Part shown: in pieces, positions 1 to 8,144 of the stretch | How positions within the stretch are numbered: the first letter of the stretch is position 1 | How the letters are laid out: each line of letters begins with the position of its first letter | Source of the DNA: a virus | IMG/VR virus record: IMGVR_UViG_3300037467_002824 | Location: 1 to 64,000 of that record | Length of the DNA: 64,000 nucleotides | Reading direction: 5' to 3' (one strand) | The notes under the pieces: model-generated | Databases searched by the model: none | What the model was told of the DNA's origin: nothing | The model's input: only the letters and a program-made list of their open reading frames with translations | Position numbers and translations under genes: made by a program

Positions 1-318
1 GGTGACAGCATTCTGAAGCACGAACTTCAACGTCAGAACGGTTTGGGCGGGATGCGCGACATCGTGTCGTTGCAGAAGCAGATGCTCGCCGACGCCGACC
101 CGGCACACCAGGCGGCAGTGCTTCAAGCCCTCGAAGGGGCAAAGCCGGTCGACATGAACGCCGAGATGATCGACGCGCTTCACGAGATGACCCTCAAGCA
201 GCCGACGCCGACCGCGGCTGGAATCAAGGGCATGGAAGGGGTCAAGACCGATCGCACCTTCCACGCGCCGGAAGCGTTTTCGAATTCGAGCGGCCACGCG
301 CCGGTGTCGAAGAAGTAA
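1..318 (+). CDS. 3' end of a CDS cut by the window edge (head-module protein, function unknown)
   Basis: Frame 1 is open from nt 1 to TAA 316-318 (track ORF 43..318 begins at an internal TTG). It ends 3 nt before the prohead protease gene. Confidence 0.4.
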   Translation, partial: GDSILKHELQRQNGLGGMRDIVSLQKQMLADADPAHQAAVLQALEGAKPVDMNAEMIDALHEMTLKQPTPTAAGIKGMEGVKTDRTFHAPEAFSNSSGHAPVSKK

Positions 319-321
319 CCG

Positions 322-2313
322 ATGAAGAAGATCATCGAGCTGCCCGAGCGTTTCGCGACCGGTGAGCCGACCGTCATGGTTCTCGCTCACTGGAACGGAC
401 GCACGCACGTCTACGAAAAGGCGGCGAGCTTCCGTTCAGAGGGCTACTCGACCAAATTCGCTTCGGAGGCGTTCGACTACGTCGCAGCTGTAGAGCCCGT
501 TCCGGGCGAGACCATGGTGCTCGTCAATGCGCTCGGCGTGTTCGAATACTACGACGACAACCGGAACGGAGACGGCTTCAACGAGATGCCGTACCGGGTC
601 GGCACGAAGCCTCTCTGCACCTGCGATGCTTGCCGCAACATCGACTGGGCTCGGGGCTGGGTCAACGACGAAGAAGTCGTCACCCAGCACTACAAGACTT
701 TCGAAAAGGGCGGCATCTACCAGCACCACGTGAACAAGGACCCGACGAAGTCCTTGGGCCGTGTGACAAAGGCTTTCTGGAACGCTCGCATGCACCGCAT
801 CGAGCTTCTCCTGTCGATCAAGAACGCGCTCGCCCCGGAGTGGGTCCAAGAGATCGAATCCGGTATCTACGCGCCGGTCTCGATGGGCTGCCATGTTCGG
901 TGGGATGTCTGCTCGAATTGCGGGCACCGCGCGCCGACCCGCAAGGACTACTGCGAGCATCTCAAGTTCGAGATGCGCAAGATCGACCCCGTAACCGGGG
1001 TAAGGAACTGCGCTCTCAACCCGTCCGCTCGGTTCTTCGACATCTCGAAGGTCTTCCGCCCCGCCGACCCGCAGGGCTTCATGATCAAGAAGGTGGCGGA
1101 GTCCGTCTACGAAATCCGCGTTGCGGCCGAACTCGGCGAGAAGGTCGCCATGTTCGAAGCCAAGCAGGCGCAGATCCGCAAGCTGGGTGACATTCAAAAG
1201 GTCATCGTCGGCGAAGTCGAATACGCCAAGCTCGACCCAGTGAAACAGATGATGCAGCGGTACCGGGCGAACACGATGCCCGGCTCCGTGATCGCGTTGG
1301 AACCCGCCGGCGACGCTGAAATCGGTGCGATGGCCGATCACACACTGCCGGAAGTCGCTTCGACGCTGGCAGAAAAGGGCGCAGGCCTTTCGACGAGCGA
1401 GCTGATGAGCGTGCTCTTCAAGCGTGCAGGCCTCGGGTCGCCGGACGCAGATCTGCTCGACCGAGCGGTGGTAATGCAGCCGCTCGTGACGGCTTTCTTT
1501 ACCCGGTTTCCCTCGGCAGCCGAAAAGCTTGCCACGATGGTCGAGATCGATCCGAAGCATGTTCGACCGGAACTCGCTCAGAAGTTGGGCGCCTGGTTGG
1601 ACAAGCGGGCCGGAATCGGCGACTACCTGATGAGCGCGGCCGGTCGTTCGGGCCTTCCGGGCACGCAGTGGATTCGGGACCGTGAAGCACCGAAGACGGA
1701 CATGCTCTACGTGACCGACCCGAATACCGGGCAGCGATACTCGACGACCCGCGGCGCGGCTATGGCCTCGCACGATGAAAACGCAAAGGCCGACCTTGTT
1801 CGCCGTGTCGGCGGAACCCTGGCTCTCTCAGGAGCTTACCGACTCGCGTTGGGGAAGATGCTTCCGAACCTCGGTTCGATGCACGGCGTCGTACGCCACG
1901 GCGTGCCCCTCGCCGCTGGCGCGTACACCGCTCACAAGCTGCTGAACCACTATCCGCAGGGGCGTCACCTCGTATCCGACGAAGGCTACGCAATCCCTAA
2001 CACCACCGAGATGGTGAAGGAAAACGCGTTCGATCCGGAGATCCCCGCCACGAAGTTCTTGGACCTGATCGCGTTTGACTACATCGAACGTCTCGGGCCG
2101 GGATTCAAGACGGCTTCGGATCTACCTGGTTTCTTGGCCGGAAAGATCTCGCAACGCGCACCCGAAAGTGCCGTTGTTCGCGGTTACCCGTTGGAAACGA
2201 AAGTAGCGGCTCTGTTCGGAGATCTAGAGGTGCGTTCCGAGGACCCGACCGACGCTCCCGACGTCGATCTGAACCACGCGTTCCACCGACTCGGTCTTCT
2301 GCTTGTGAAGTGA
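322..2313 (+). CDS. Prohead (capsid maturation) serine protease, HK97/S78-like, with ~360-aa C-terminal extension
   Basis: 663 aa. The N-terminal third shows S78 prohead-protease blocks: YQHHVNKDPTKSLGRV (His region), RIELLLSI, IESGIYAPVSMGCHV (Ser region). A Cys/His cluster (CSNCGH...DYCEH) follows the Ser block. First gene of a protease-scaffold-decoration-capsid order. Confidence 0.6.
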   Translation: MKKIIELPERFATGEPTVMVLAHWNGRTHVYEKAASFRSEGYSTKFASEAFDYVAAVEPVPGETMVLVNALGVFEYYDDNRNGDGFNEMPYRVGTKPLCTCDACRNIDWARGWVNDEEVVTQHYKTFEKGGIYQHHVNKDPTKSLGRVTKAFWNARMHRIELLLSIKNALAPEWVQEIESGIYAPVSMGCHVRWDVCSNCGHRAPTRKDYCEHLKFEMRKIDPVTGVRNCALNPSARFFDISKVFRPADPQGFMIKKVAESVYEIRVAAELGEKVAMFEAKQAQIRKLGDIQKVIVGEVEYAKLDPVKQMMQRYRANTMPGSVIALEPAGDAEIGAMADHTLPEVASTLAEKGAGLSTSELMSVLFKRAGLGSPDADLLDRAVVMQPLVTAFFTRFPSAAEKLATMVEIDPKHVRPELAQKLGAWLDKRAGIGDYLMSAAGRSGLPGTQWIRDREAPKTDMLYVTDPNTGQRYSTTRGAAMASHDENAKADLVRRVGGTLALSGAYRLALGKMLPNLGSMHGVVRHGVPLAAGAYTAHKLLNHYPQGRHLVSDEGYAIPNTTEMVKENAFDPEIPATKFLDLIAFDYIERLGPGFKTASDLPGFLAGKISQRAPESAVVRGYPLETKVAALFGDLEVRSEDPTDAPDVDLNHAFHRLGLLLVK

Positions 2314-2339
2314 ACCCGTCCCGTTACTCTTAGGGACGA
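2303..2339 (+). promoter_or_regulatory. Sigma70-like promoter with conserved downstream box
   Basis: TTGTGA-N16-TACTCT followed by TAGGGACGA. The 12-mer TCTTAGGGACGA (2328-2339) recurs at 8100-8111. Lies 20 nt upstream of the scaffold-like gene. Confidence 0.4.
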
Positions 2340-2359
2340 CTGACCAAAGGAAAGACCCC

Positions 2360-2968
2360 ATGGCGACCCAGCCCGCTCGCATCGAAGACATCATGCGTTT
2401 CCTCGACACCGAAGAGAACGCGAATACCAAGGTTGCCAGCGCGGCTCCGGCTGCGGCGGCACCGGCGCCCATGCAGTCGGCCCTCGCCGATGTGATGGCG
2501 ACGCTCGGTCAGTCGAAGGTGGCTTCGGAAGCGGCTCCGGCTGCGCCCGCGGCGCCGACGGCCGCTCCGGTCAACGACCTCGTGAAGATGGCCACGGAGA
2601 TCGTGGCGATCGACCGCGACGGCGAGATCAAGCACGCGCAGCTTGTGGGCGCGGCGATGGCCGATGCGTTCGTTGCCCGCATCAACCAGTGGGACACGGC
2701 AGCAGGCACCGGTGCGGACAAGACCGCGTCGGAAGCTTCGCAGCTGGAGAAGTTCGCCTCGGAGAACCCGGAAGCGTACCGCTCGGCGGTGCAGCAGGGT
2801 TACGCGGACGCGAAGTCGCTCATCGAGAAGGTCGGTCAGGACCTCTACAACCAGAGCTACTCGCGCGAGATCGAAGACATCCAGAAGACCGCGACGGAAC
2901 ACTTCGTCCACGGCTGGACCGCGATCCAGCAGGCCGATCAGATCCTCACCGCGCAGCAGGCGAAGTGA
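2360..2968 (+). CDS. Scaffolding-like protein (Ala/Pro-rich, helical)
   Basis: 202 aa. Low-complexity N-half (AAPAAAAPAP, AAPAAPAAPTAAP) and acidic helical C-half. Purine-rich AAAGGAAAG lies upstream of the ATG. Lies between the protease and capsid genes. Confidence 0.45.
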   Translation: MATQPARIEDIMRFLDTEENANTKVASAAPAAAAPAPMQSALADVMATLGQSKVASEAAPAAPAAPTAAPVNDLVKMATEIVAIDRDGEIKHAQLVGAAMADAFVARINQWDTAAGTGADKTASEASQLEKFASENPEAYRSAVQQGYADAKSLIEKVGQDLYNQSYSREIEDIQKTATEHFVHGWTAIQQADQILTAQQAK

Positions 2969-3073
2969 TGACCCGTGAGGAGTTGATCCGCCGCCACGCG
3001 GAGCTGCGCAAACAAGCGTTCGAAGCACTGGCGGCGCCTCTCCTCACCGCTCTTCAGGAGGCTCGGAAGTAGA

Positions 3074-3301
3074 ATGGGACGCCCCACTGCATCACTGGAG
3101 ACAGCCCTCGGTCAGCTCATGACCGAGACGCGCATCGGTCATGAAAAGGCCGCGGCGAAGGCTGCTCGCGTGAGCGTGCCGGCGCCAGCCCCCATCGCCT
3201 CCGAGCTTCGGAAGGTTGCTGCCCTCCTGCGTTCGGCACCCGAACCGGGAGTCACGTACGAAGACCTGAACCGCGTTAAGGAGGCTCTCTATGGACGCTG
3301 A
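3074..3301 (+). CDS. Hypothetical small protein (head operon)
   Basis: 75 aa. The ATG is 2 nt after a preceding stop. Ala-rich and helical, no motif recognised. Confidence 0.4.
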   Translation: MGRPTASLETALGQLMTETRIGHEKAAAKAARVSVPAPAPIASELRKVAALLRSAPEPGVTYEDLNRVKEALYGR

Positions 3302-3473
3302 TTCCAAGAGCCCCGAGGCCGAAGAGCTGCGCAAGCTTGCCGCAAGCCTCCGCGAAATGGGCGACAAGATCGAGAACGAGCGGACCGTGAAGGCTGCTCA
3401 TGTGCTGTGCGCGAGCAAGGGTTTGCTCCGTATGCAGCAGAAGGTGCGGGGCTGGTATGAACCTCTTGCATAA
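3291..3473 (+). CDS. Hypothetical small protein
   Basis: 60 aa. The ATG overlaps the end of 3074..3301 by 11 nt. Charged and helical, no motif. Confidence 0.35.
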   Translation: MDADSKSPEAEELRKLAASLREMGDKIENERTVKAAHVLCASKGLLRMQQKVRGWYEPLA

Positions 3474-3855
3474 GCTCGCGAACGTGCTCGACGCCACTGC
3501 GGATCATCTCGATGCGCAGACGAAGGTTGCGTTCCAGCAGGCGATGGCAGCGCCGGCCGTCTCTCCCGTTGCTCCGGCACCGGAAGAGAAGAAGGCGAAC
3601 GTGAAAGGCTCGGAGTACCTCTCGGAGGTCTACCAGGCTGTCACGGGTTCTGCGCCCGACGCCGCCGTACTCAACAAGCTCGCGTCAGACGATGCGATGC
3701 GTGACACGTTTTTGAAGCTCGCGGAGCACGCTGCAGGCGCCGAATCTCTCGGCGGTCCCGCAGAACAAACGGATGCACCGGAAGAGCCGAAGACAGCTGA
3801 AGAGCGTGTTCGTCGTGCGGGAGATCGCTTCGGCGATTGGATTCTCAACGGGTGA
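3457..3855 (+). CDS. Hypothetical acidic protein
   Basis: 132 aa from ATG 3457 (MNLLHKLANV...). The track ORF start at 3400 adds a Cys/Arg-rich stretch that looks non-coding. Ala/Glu-rich. Confidence 0.45.
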   Translation: MNLLHKLANVLDATADHLDAQTKVAFQQAMAAPAVSPVAPAPEEKKANVKGSEYLSEVYQAVTGSAPDAAVLNKLASDDAMRDTFLKLAEHAAGAESLGGPAEQTDAPEEPKTAEERVRRAGDRFGDWILNG

Positions 3856-3921
3856 ACACTTTTGCGTCCGAATTGTTTTCGGCGCCCCTAGTATTCTGAC
3901 AGCCACAGCGGAGACACACCG

Positions 3922-4437
3922 ATGACCGTCCTGAACAGCAAGTTCAATCTCGTGACCAAGGACTCGCTGCCCCTCGCGATGGGCGGCATCTGGGACGTAC
4001 TTGTCCCGAGCGAAATCGCACTGGCGAAGGCCGCGGGTTCGGGCGCGGGTGTTCCGGATTCCACCGGCACCATGCAGCTCGGTACGATCCCGGGCGGAAA
4101 GATCATGGAGCTGAACTCCAGCTTCCAGCTCGTTCTCGCGAACAGCCAGGATCTCACCGCCAACTTCCGCAAGATGTTCTGGGTCGTGTTCGAAGGCGAC
4201 GACGACTACTCGGGCGCGCAGGCGGGTGCGATCACCGTGGTTCACGGTGGCCTCCGCATGGAGACGACCGAGTTCGTGGTCGGCCCGACGTACACGCCGG
4301 GGATGCCGCTCATCGCATCGAGCGGCCAGCTGACCGTGAAGGCGGCAGCGAACGACCACATCCAGGAAGTCGGCTGGGTCGCGTCGGGCGTGAGCCAGGA
4401 CGGAATCCTCGACTGCTACCTCGCCCAGGGCATGTGA
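3922..4437 (+). CDS. Head decoration-like protein (positional call)
   Basis: 171 aa, beta-rich, with GGAGACA upstream of the ATG. It sits directly upstream of the major capsid gene, where gpD/DUF2190-type decoration genes usually lie. No diagnostic motif. Confidence 0.35.
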   Translation: MTVLNSKFNLVTKDSLPLAMGGIWDVLVPSEIALAKAAGSGAGVPDSTGTMQLGTIPGGKIMELNSSFQLVLANSQDLTANFRKMFWVVFEGDDDYSGAQAGAITVVHGGLRMETTEFVVGPTYTPGMPLIASSGQLTVKAAANDHIQEVGWVASGVSQDGILDCYLAQGM

Positions 4438-4522
4438 TCACCAGGCTCCGGTGAACATCGGGGCCTGAACAAGAGTTCGAAGAAAAGGACACGTTTCACT
4501 CGGAAAGAGTGGGAGCCGCGCG

Positions 4523-5443
4523 ATGAGCTACAAGACCGAAACCACGAATGTCAGCGCCCAGTACCTGAACGCCGCGTTCGTCCGGAAGATCACGGACGAG
4601 GGCAAGATCAAGGAAGCGGCCGTCGAAGGTACCGCTTTCATTCGCGAGAAGGTTCGTCAGGAATCCTTCGCGCGTGAGATCATCGTTCCCGTCGGTCTCC
4701 AGGACGACGAGATCGATCGTGACGTCAACCACGACCAGCCGAAGAAGATCGTGGAGAAGGAACCGGCGTCGATCGCGACGTACGTGCCCTTCACCGGGTC
4801 GGGCCCGCGTGTCTGGTTCCGTGGCCCGCGCTACGAGATCCGCTTCGCCAAGGTGGAGAGCCAGCGCTTCACCAAGTCGAAGTTCGAGCTGATGACGTAC
4901 CAGAACGACATCCGCAAGATCCTCAGCGACAACAGCGTGAAGGACATGGCGGACGTCGAGGATACCCAGTTCCTCAACACGATCAAGGCGATCATCGCCC
5001 TGAACCCCGCTCAGGTGACGCCGGCCCCTGCGTTCAACAGCGTGGCCTGGACGAAGGCGGAGCAGGCGATGGCAGCCCGCCGCCGCCCGATCGGCAAGTT
5101 CCTCATGACGAAGGAACTCTTCTACGAGGCGCAGAACCTCCCGGCGTCGGCAGTCGGTTACCAGGTCGCTGGTGATCACTACCACGACGGCATCGAGAAG
5201 GAAGAGCGCCTCTGGGGTATGCCGGTCGTGACCACGGTGAAGAGTGACATCTTCCAGTCGGTCCTCGGCAGCTCGCGCACCGCGTTCGTCTTCTCGCCGG
5301 AGAACTTCCTCGGGAACTTCTTCCTGCTCCAGGACGCGACGCTCTTCATCAAGCAGGAGGCGGACATCATCACGTTCTACTCCTACGAGTCGATCGGCCT
5401 CGGCATCGGCAACCGCCTGTCGGTTCAGCAGATCAACTTCTGA
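4523..5443 (+). CDS. Major capsid protein (HK97-fold type)
   Basis: 306 aa. Size, composition and position after protease/scaffold/decoration genes fit HK97-fold capsid proteins. GGGAG RBS. Followed by a strong hairpin terminator (5468-5508). Confidence 0.7.
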   Translation: MSYKTETTNVSAQYLNAAFVRKITDEGKIKEAAVEGTAFIREKVRQESFAREIIVPVGLQDDEIDRDVNHDQPKKIVEKEPASIATYVPFTGSGPRVWFRGPRYEIRFAKVESQRFTKSKFELMTYQNDIRKILSDNSVKDMADVEDTQFLNTIKAIIALNPAQVTPAPAFNSVAWTKAEQAMAARRRPIGKFLMTKELFYEAQNLPASAVGYQVAGDHYHDGIEKEERLWGMPVVTTVKSDIFQSVLGSSRTAFVFSPENFLGNFFLLQDATLFIKQEADIITFYSYESIGLGIGNRLSVQQINF

Positions 5444-5467
5444 TAGCGGCTCCCGCTGCTGTCCGGG

Positions 5468-5508
5468 ACGCCCCGCCAGGCTTATGCTTGGTGGGGCGTT
5501 CGCATTTT
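5468..5508 (+). terminator. Rho-independent terminator after the capsid gene
   Basis: 13-bp stem ACGCCCCGCCAGG / CTTGGTGGGGCGT (two G.U pairs), 6-nt loop CTTATG, then TCGCATTTT. Lies 25 nt after the capsid stop codon. Confidence 0.5.
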
Positions 5509-5517
5509 GAGGTGCTC

Positions 5518-5826
5518 ATGAATACCTGGCTGCAGAAGATCGCTCGCGCTGGCGCGATGGCCGCGAGCAACCAGTTCCTCGGCTCGAACTCGATGGCGAC
5601 CCCGGGTGCCGGAACGACTGCCGCTCCGAAGCTCCCGTCGCCGGCGCCGAACCTGAAGATGCAAACGCCGACCGCGGGCCCGCTCGACTCTTTGGGTGTC
5701 GCCCAGAACACGGGCGCAACGCTCAATCAGCAGACGATCTCGCACGGCGACAACCAGAACAAGGTGAACACCGCTCCGATCGTCCCTGGCATGATCCACC
5801 CGGCACACCCGAACCCGAACGCATGA
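5518..5826 (+). CDS. Hypothetical low-complexity protein
   Basis: 102 aa from ATG 5518 with GAGGTG upstream. Pro/Ala/Asn-rich. Confidence 0.4.
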   Translation: MNTWLQKIARAGAMAASNQFLGSNSMATPGAGTTAAPKLPSPAPNLKMQTPTAGPLDSLGVAQNTGATLNQQTISHGDNQNKVNTAPIVPGMIHPAHPNPNA

Positions 5827-6434
5827 GTGGCTACGCGCTCACTGATGAGAACGCACCGGGGCTGAACACCGGCACCGATCGCGAGATCGACGATCAGCCG
5901 CCTGGCAAGGACTGTCTGGGGCTCATCCCCGGCACCGGCGACGCCTACCCAGGCCGTCGCAATGCGACTGCGCGCCCGACTCTCGAAGAAGTTGCGTCCG
6001 CTCTGGCGGACCATGACCGCTTTCAGAGCTACGGCGGGTGGTCACCGACCAATGCCGTCGACGCCGACCCCTACCTCTACAACACGAGCGATCGTCAGCC
6101 GGTGATGCCGATGGAAGTCACGGGAGCCCTCTGGGATTACCTGGTTAAGGGTGCCGAGGATCTCAATTACTCAGGGCTTTTCGACACGGACCACATCGAT
6201 CCGCGCATGCCAGAATCCCTGCAGAATCTGCTTGACCAGGCCCTCCGAACGGGCACTGGCGTCACCGGCGATCAGGCGGTGGCGAAAGCATTCGACGACT
6301 TGCGCGTGATGGACAACGGAACCAGCACGATGAACACCCAGGGCGACGGTACCGCCGGCGCGCCCTTGTCAGGCAAGGAGGCGGCGATGCGGGCCCGACT
6401 GGACGCCCGTCGCCGATACAACGCGTGGCTCTGA
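5823..6434 (+). CDS. Hypothetical acidic protein (head/neck region)
   Basis: 203 aa. ATGA start/stop overlap with the upstream ORF. No motif recognised. Confidence 0.5.
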   Translation: MSGYALTDENAPGLNTGTDREIDDQPPGKDCLGLIPGTGDAYPGRRNATARPTLEEVASALADHDRFQSYGGWSPTNAVDADPYLYNTSDRQPVMPMEVTGALWDYLVKGAEDLNYSGLFDTDHIDPRMPESLQNLLDQALRTGTGVTGDQAVAKAFDDLRVMDNGTSTMNTQGDGTAGAPLSGKEAAMRARLDARRRYNAWL

Positions 6435-7258
6435 GCGTCGAATTCACCAAGACCACGCCGCTCATTCCGCAGGCGAACTTCATCCAATGGACGTTGAAGG
6501 GCGTCGCGCCCCAGGGCGATTACTGGTTCGACCTCTATCGCTCCGGCTCAATGCACGGACCGTGGGAACCGGTGGCGTCGAAGTTGAAGAACGTCTACTG
6601 CTACGTGGACAAGTTTCCTCAGCCGGCAACCACCGATCCGACGACGTTCCTTCGGCCTAACCACCTGGCGGTCACTCGGAACTTCTTCTACCGACTCACT
6701 GCGGTCTGCACGACTGGAGAGAGCGCGGAAGACGTCACCGAACTGACGCCGACGCTCGCCCCAAAGCAGAAGCAGCTTCTGCGGAAGCTCATTCACGATG
6801 AGTACATCCAGCTCCGGAAGTACACCGGTGTGCCAGTTGCCGTGCTCAAGCGAAAGCAGTGGGGAGCGCGCTGCGTGAAGTGCGTCGACAAGATCACGAA
6901 AGAGATCCTGCGAGCGCACTGCACAGACTGCTGGGGCACAGGCTTTCTGGGCGGATACTGGAACCCCATTCTGACCTACGCTCGACGGGCGCCCCTGCAG
7001 ACGAACATCCAGGTCGCGCCCGAGAACAAGGTGGAGTCGACGACCGCCCGGTTCATGATGTTGAATATCCCTCGCGTGGAACAGAGCGACGTGGTCGTCT
7101 TCCTGTCCGACGGACGTCGGTTCGTCGTCGACCAGCAGTCGGAAACGAGCCTTCGTACAGTCGCTGTCCATCAGACGGTGTTTGCCTTGGAACTGCCGCG
7201 ATCACACATCATCTACCGATTCCCGGTGGACGAGACCACGGTCCCGCCGTTGATGTGA
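6425..7258 (+). CDS. Structural protein with FN3-like N-terminus and zinc ribbon
   Basis: 277 aa. The GTG start overlaps the upstream stop. FN3-like pattern (IQWTLKGVAP..YWFDLYRSGSMHGPWE..FFYRLTAV) and CVKCV-x13-CTDCWGTG. Confidence 0.5.
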   Translation: MALSVEFTKTTPLIPQANFIQWTLKGVAPQGDYWFDLYRSGSMHGPWEPVASKLKNVYCYVDKFPQPATTDPTTFLRPNHLAVTRNFFYRLTAVCTTGESAEDVTELTPTLAPKQKQLLRKLIHDEYIQLRKYTGVPVAVLKRKQWGARCVKCVDKITKEILRAHCTDCWGTGFLGGYWNPILTYARRAPLQTNIQVAPENKVESTTARFMMLNIPRVEQSDVVVFLSDGRRFVVDQQSETSLRTVAVHQTVFALELPRSHIIYRFPVDETTVPPLM

Positions 7259-7265
7259 GGGCGCC

Positions 7266-8009
7266 ATGGGTGACGAACAAATCAAAGCTGTCTCACAGCT
7301 CGCGAAGATCGAAGGTCAGTCGGACGACATCTTCTACGGCAGCTCCCTGGCCTTGCAGGGAGTTTTCGTCGAAGTGATCCGGTCTCGGTTTCGTGGGGAA
7401 AATCTTACTCCGGACCTGCCTTACTACTGGGCGGCTGACCCGACGCCGGGGTCAGACGAGACCAACGAAGGCGGGCACCCGCGGAAGCTCTACATCGAGA
7501 GCGAGTACCTGGAGTTCCCCGACGCCAAGAACTACCGGCCGGCCATCCTAATCGACGCGGGAGAGTCCGGAGGCAATCGCGACGTGGTTGCGAACCGTGC
7601 CGGAGCCCACCGTCCGACTGGGATCGAAGGCGGCTACTTCCGTGACACGCACGCAATGGAAGTGCTTCTGATCGACGAGACCCGCGGGGGTTGCTCGATC
7701 CTCTCGGACATCGTCCGTATGCACCTGCTCGCCTGCCGTATGCTGATCCGAGAGGCGTTCCGCATCCACGAGATGACCGAACCCCGGAAGAGCAAGGTGG
7801 TACCGTATCGTCGCGACAAGGACCTCTGGGAATGCCAGCTGTCCTTCCAAGTCGAAGTCGAACTTCGATGGACGACGCGGCCCATTGCGCCAGTCCTTCG
7901 TGAGATCGCGGCGAACTTCCGTAACATTGGAGACGGCGACCTTTCCAAAGGCGCTCTTTCGATGGCGCTCTATAACGGCGCACCGCCGCCCATCAAAAAC
8001 AAGCCCTGA
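7266..8009 (+). CDS. Hypothetical structural protein (neck/connector region by position)
   Basis: 247 aa, starting 7 nt after the upstream stop. No motif. Confidence 0.5.
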   Translation: MGDEQIKAVSQLAKIEGQSDDIFYGSSLALQGVFVEVIRSRFRGENLTPDLPYYWAADPTPGSDETNEGGHPRKLYIESEYLEFPDAKNYRPAILIDAGESGGNRDVVANRAGAHRPTGIEGGYFRDTHAMEVLLIDETRGGCSILSDIVRMHLLACRMLIREAFRIHEMTEPRKSKVVPYRRDKDLWECQLSFQVEVELRWTTRPIAPVLREIAANFRNIGDGDLSKGALSMALYNGAPPPIKNKP

Positions 8010-8074
8010 TTCCGATTCAAAAACAGGCCCGTTTTTCAAACGGACTCTTTCCGCTCTGTCCCTGCGGATGTGCG

Positions 8075-8111
8075 TTGTGGAAACGGCCCTCGCCCCTATT
8101 CTTAGGGACGA
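8075..8111 (+). promoter_or_regulatory. Sigma70-like promoter with conserved downstream box
   Basis: TTGTGG-N16-TATTCT followed by TAGGGACGA, the same architecture as 2303-2339. Lies 34 nt upstream of the 940-aa gene. Confidence 0.4.
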
Positions 8112-8144
8112 ATCAACCGGCCCTCGGCCCCTCGGAGTTAGAAC

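Noticed and set aside
436-1773. 445-aa minus-strand ORF opposite the prohead protease gene
   Set aside because: It has an Arg/His/Leu-rich antisense composition. The plus-strand ORF carries recognisable protease motifs and fits the operon.
2968-3072. 34-codon ORF (MTREELIRRHAELRKQAFEALAAPLLTALQEARK) overlapping the scaffold-like stop
   Set aside because: Plausible by TGATG coupling, but too short to support without comparative or proteomic data.
8029-8043. Hairpin CCGTTT-TTC-AAACGG after gene 7266..8009 as a terminator
   Set aside because: It has only a 6-bp AT-rich stem and no clear U tract, so it is too weak to annotate.
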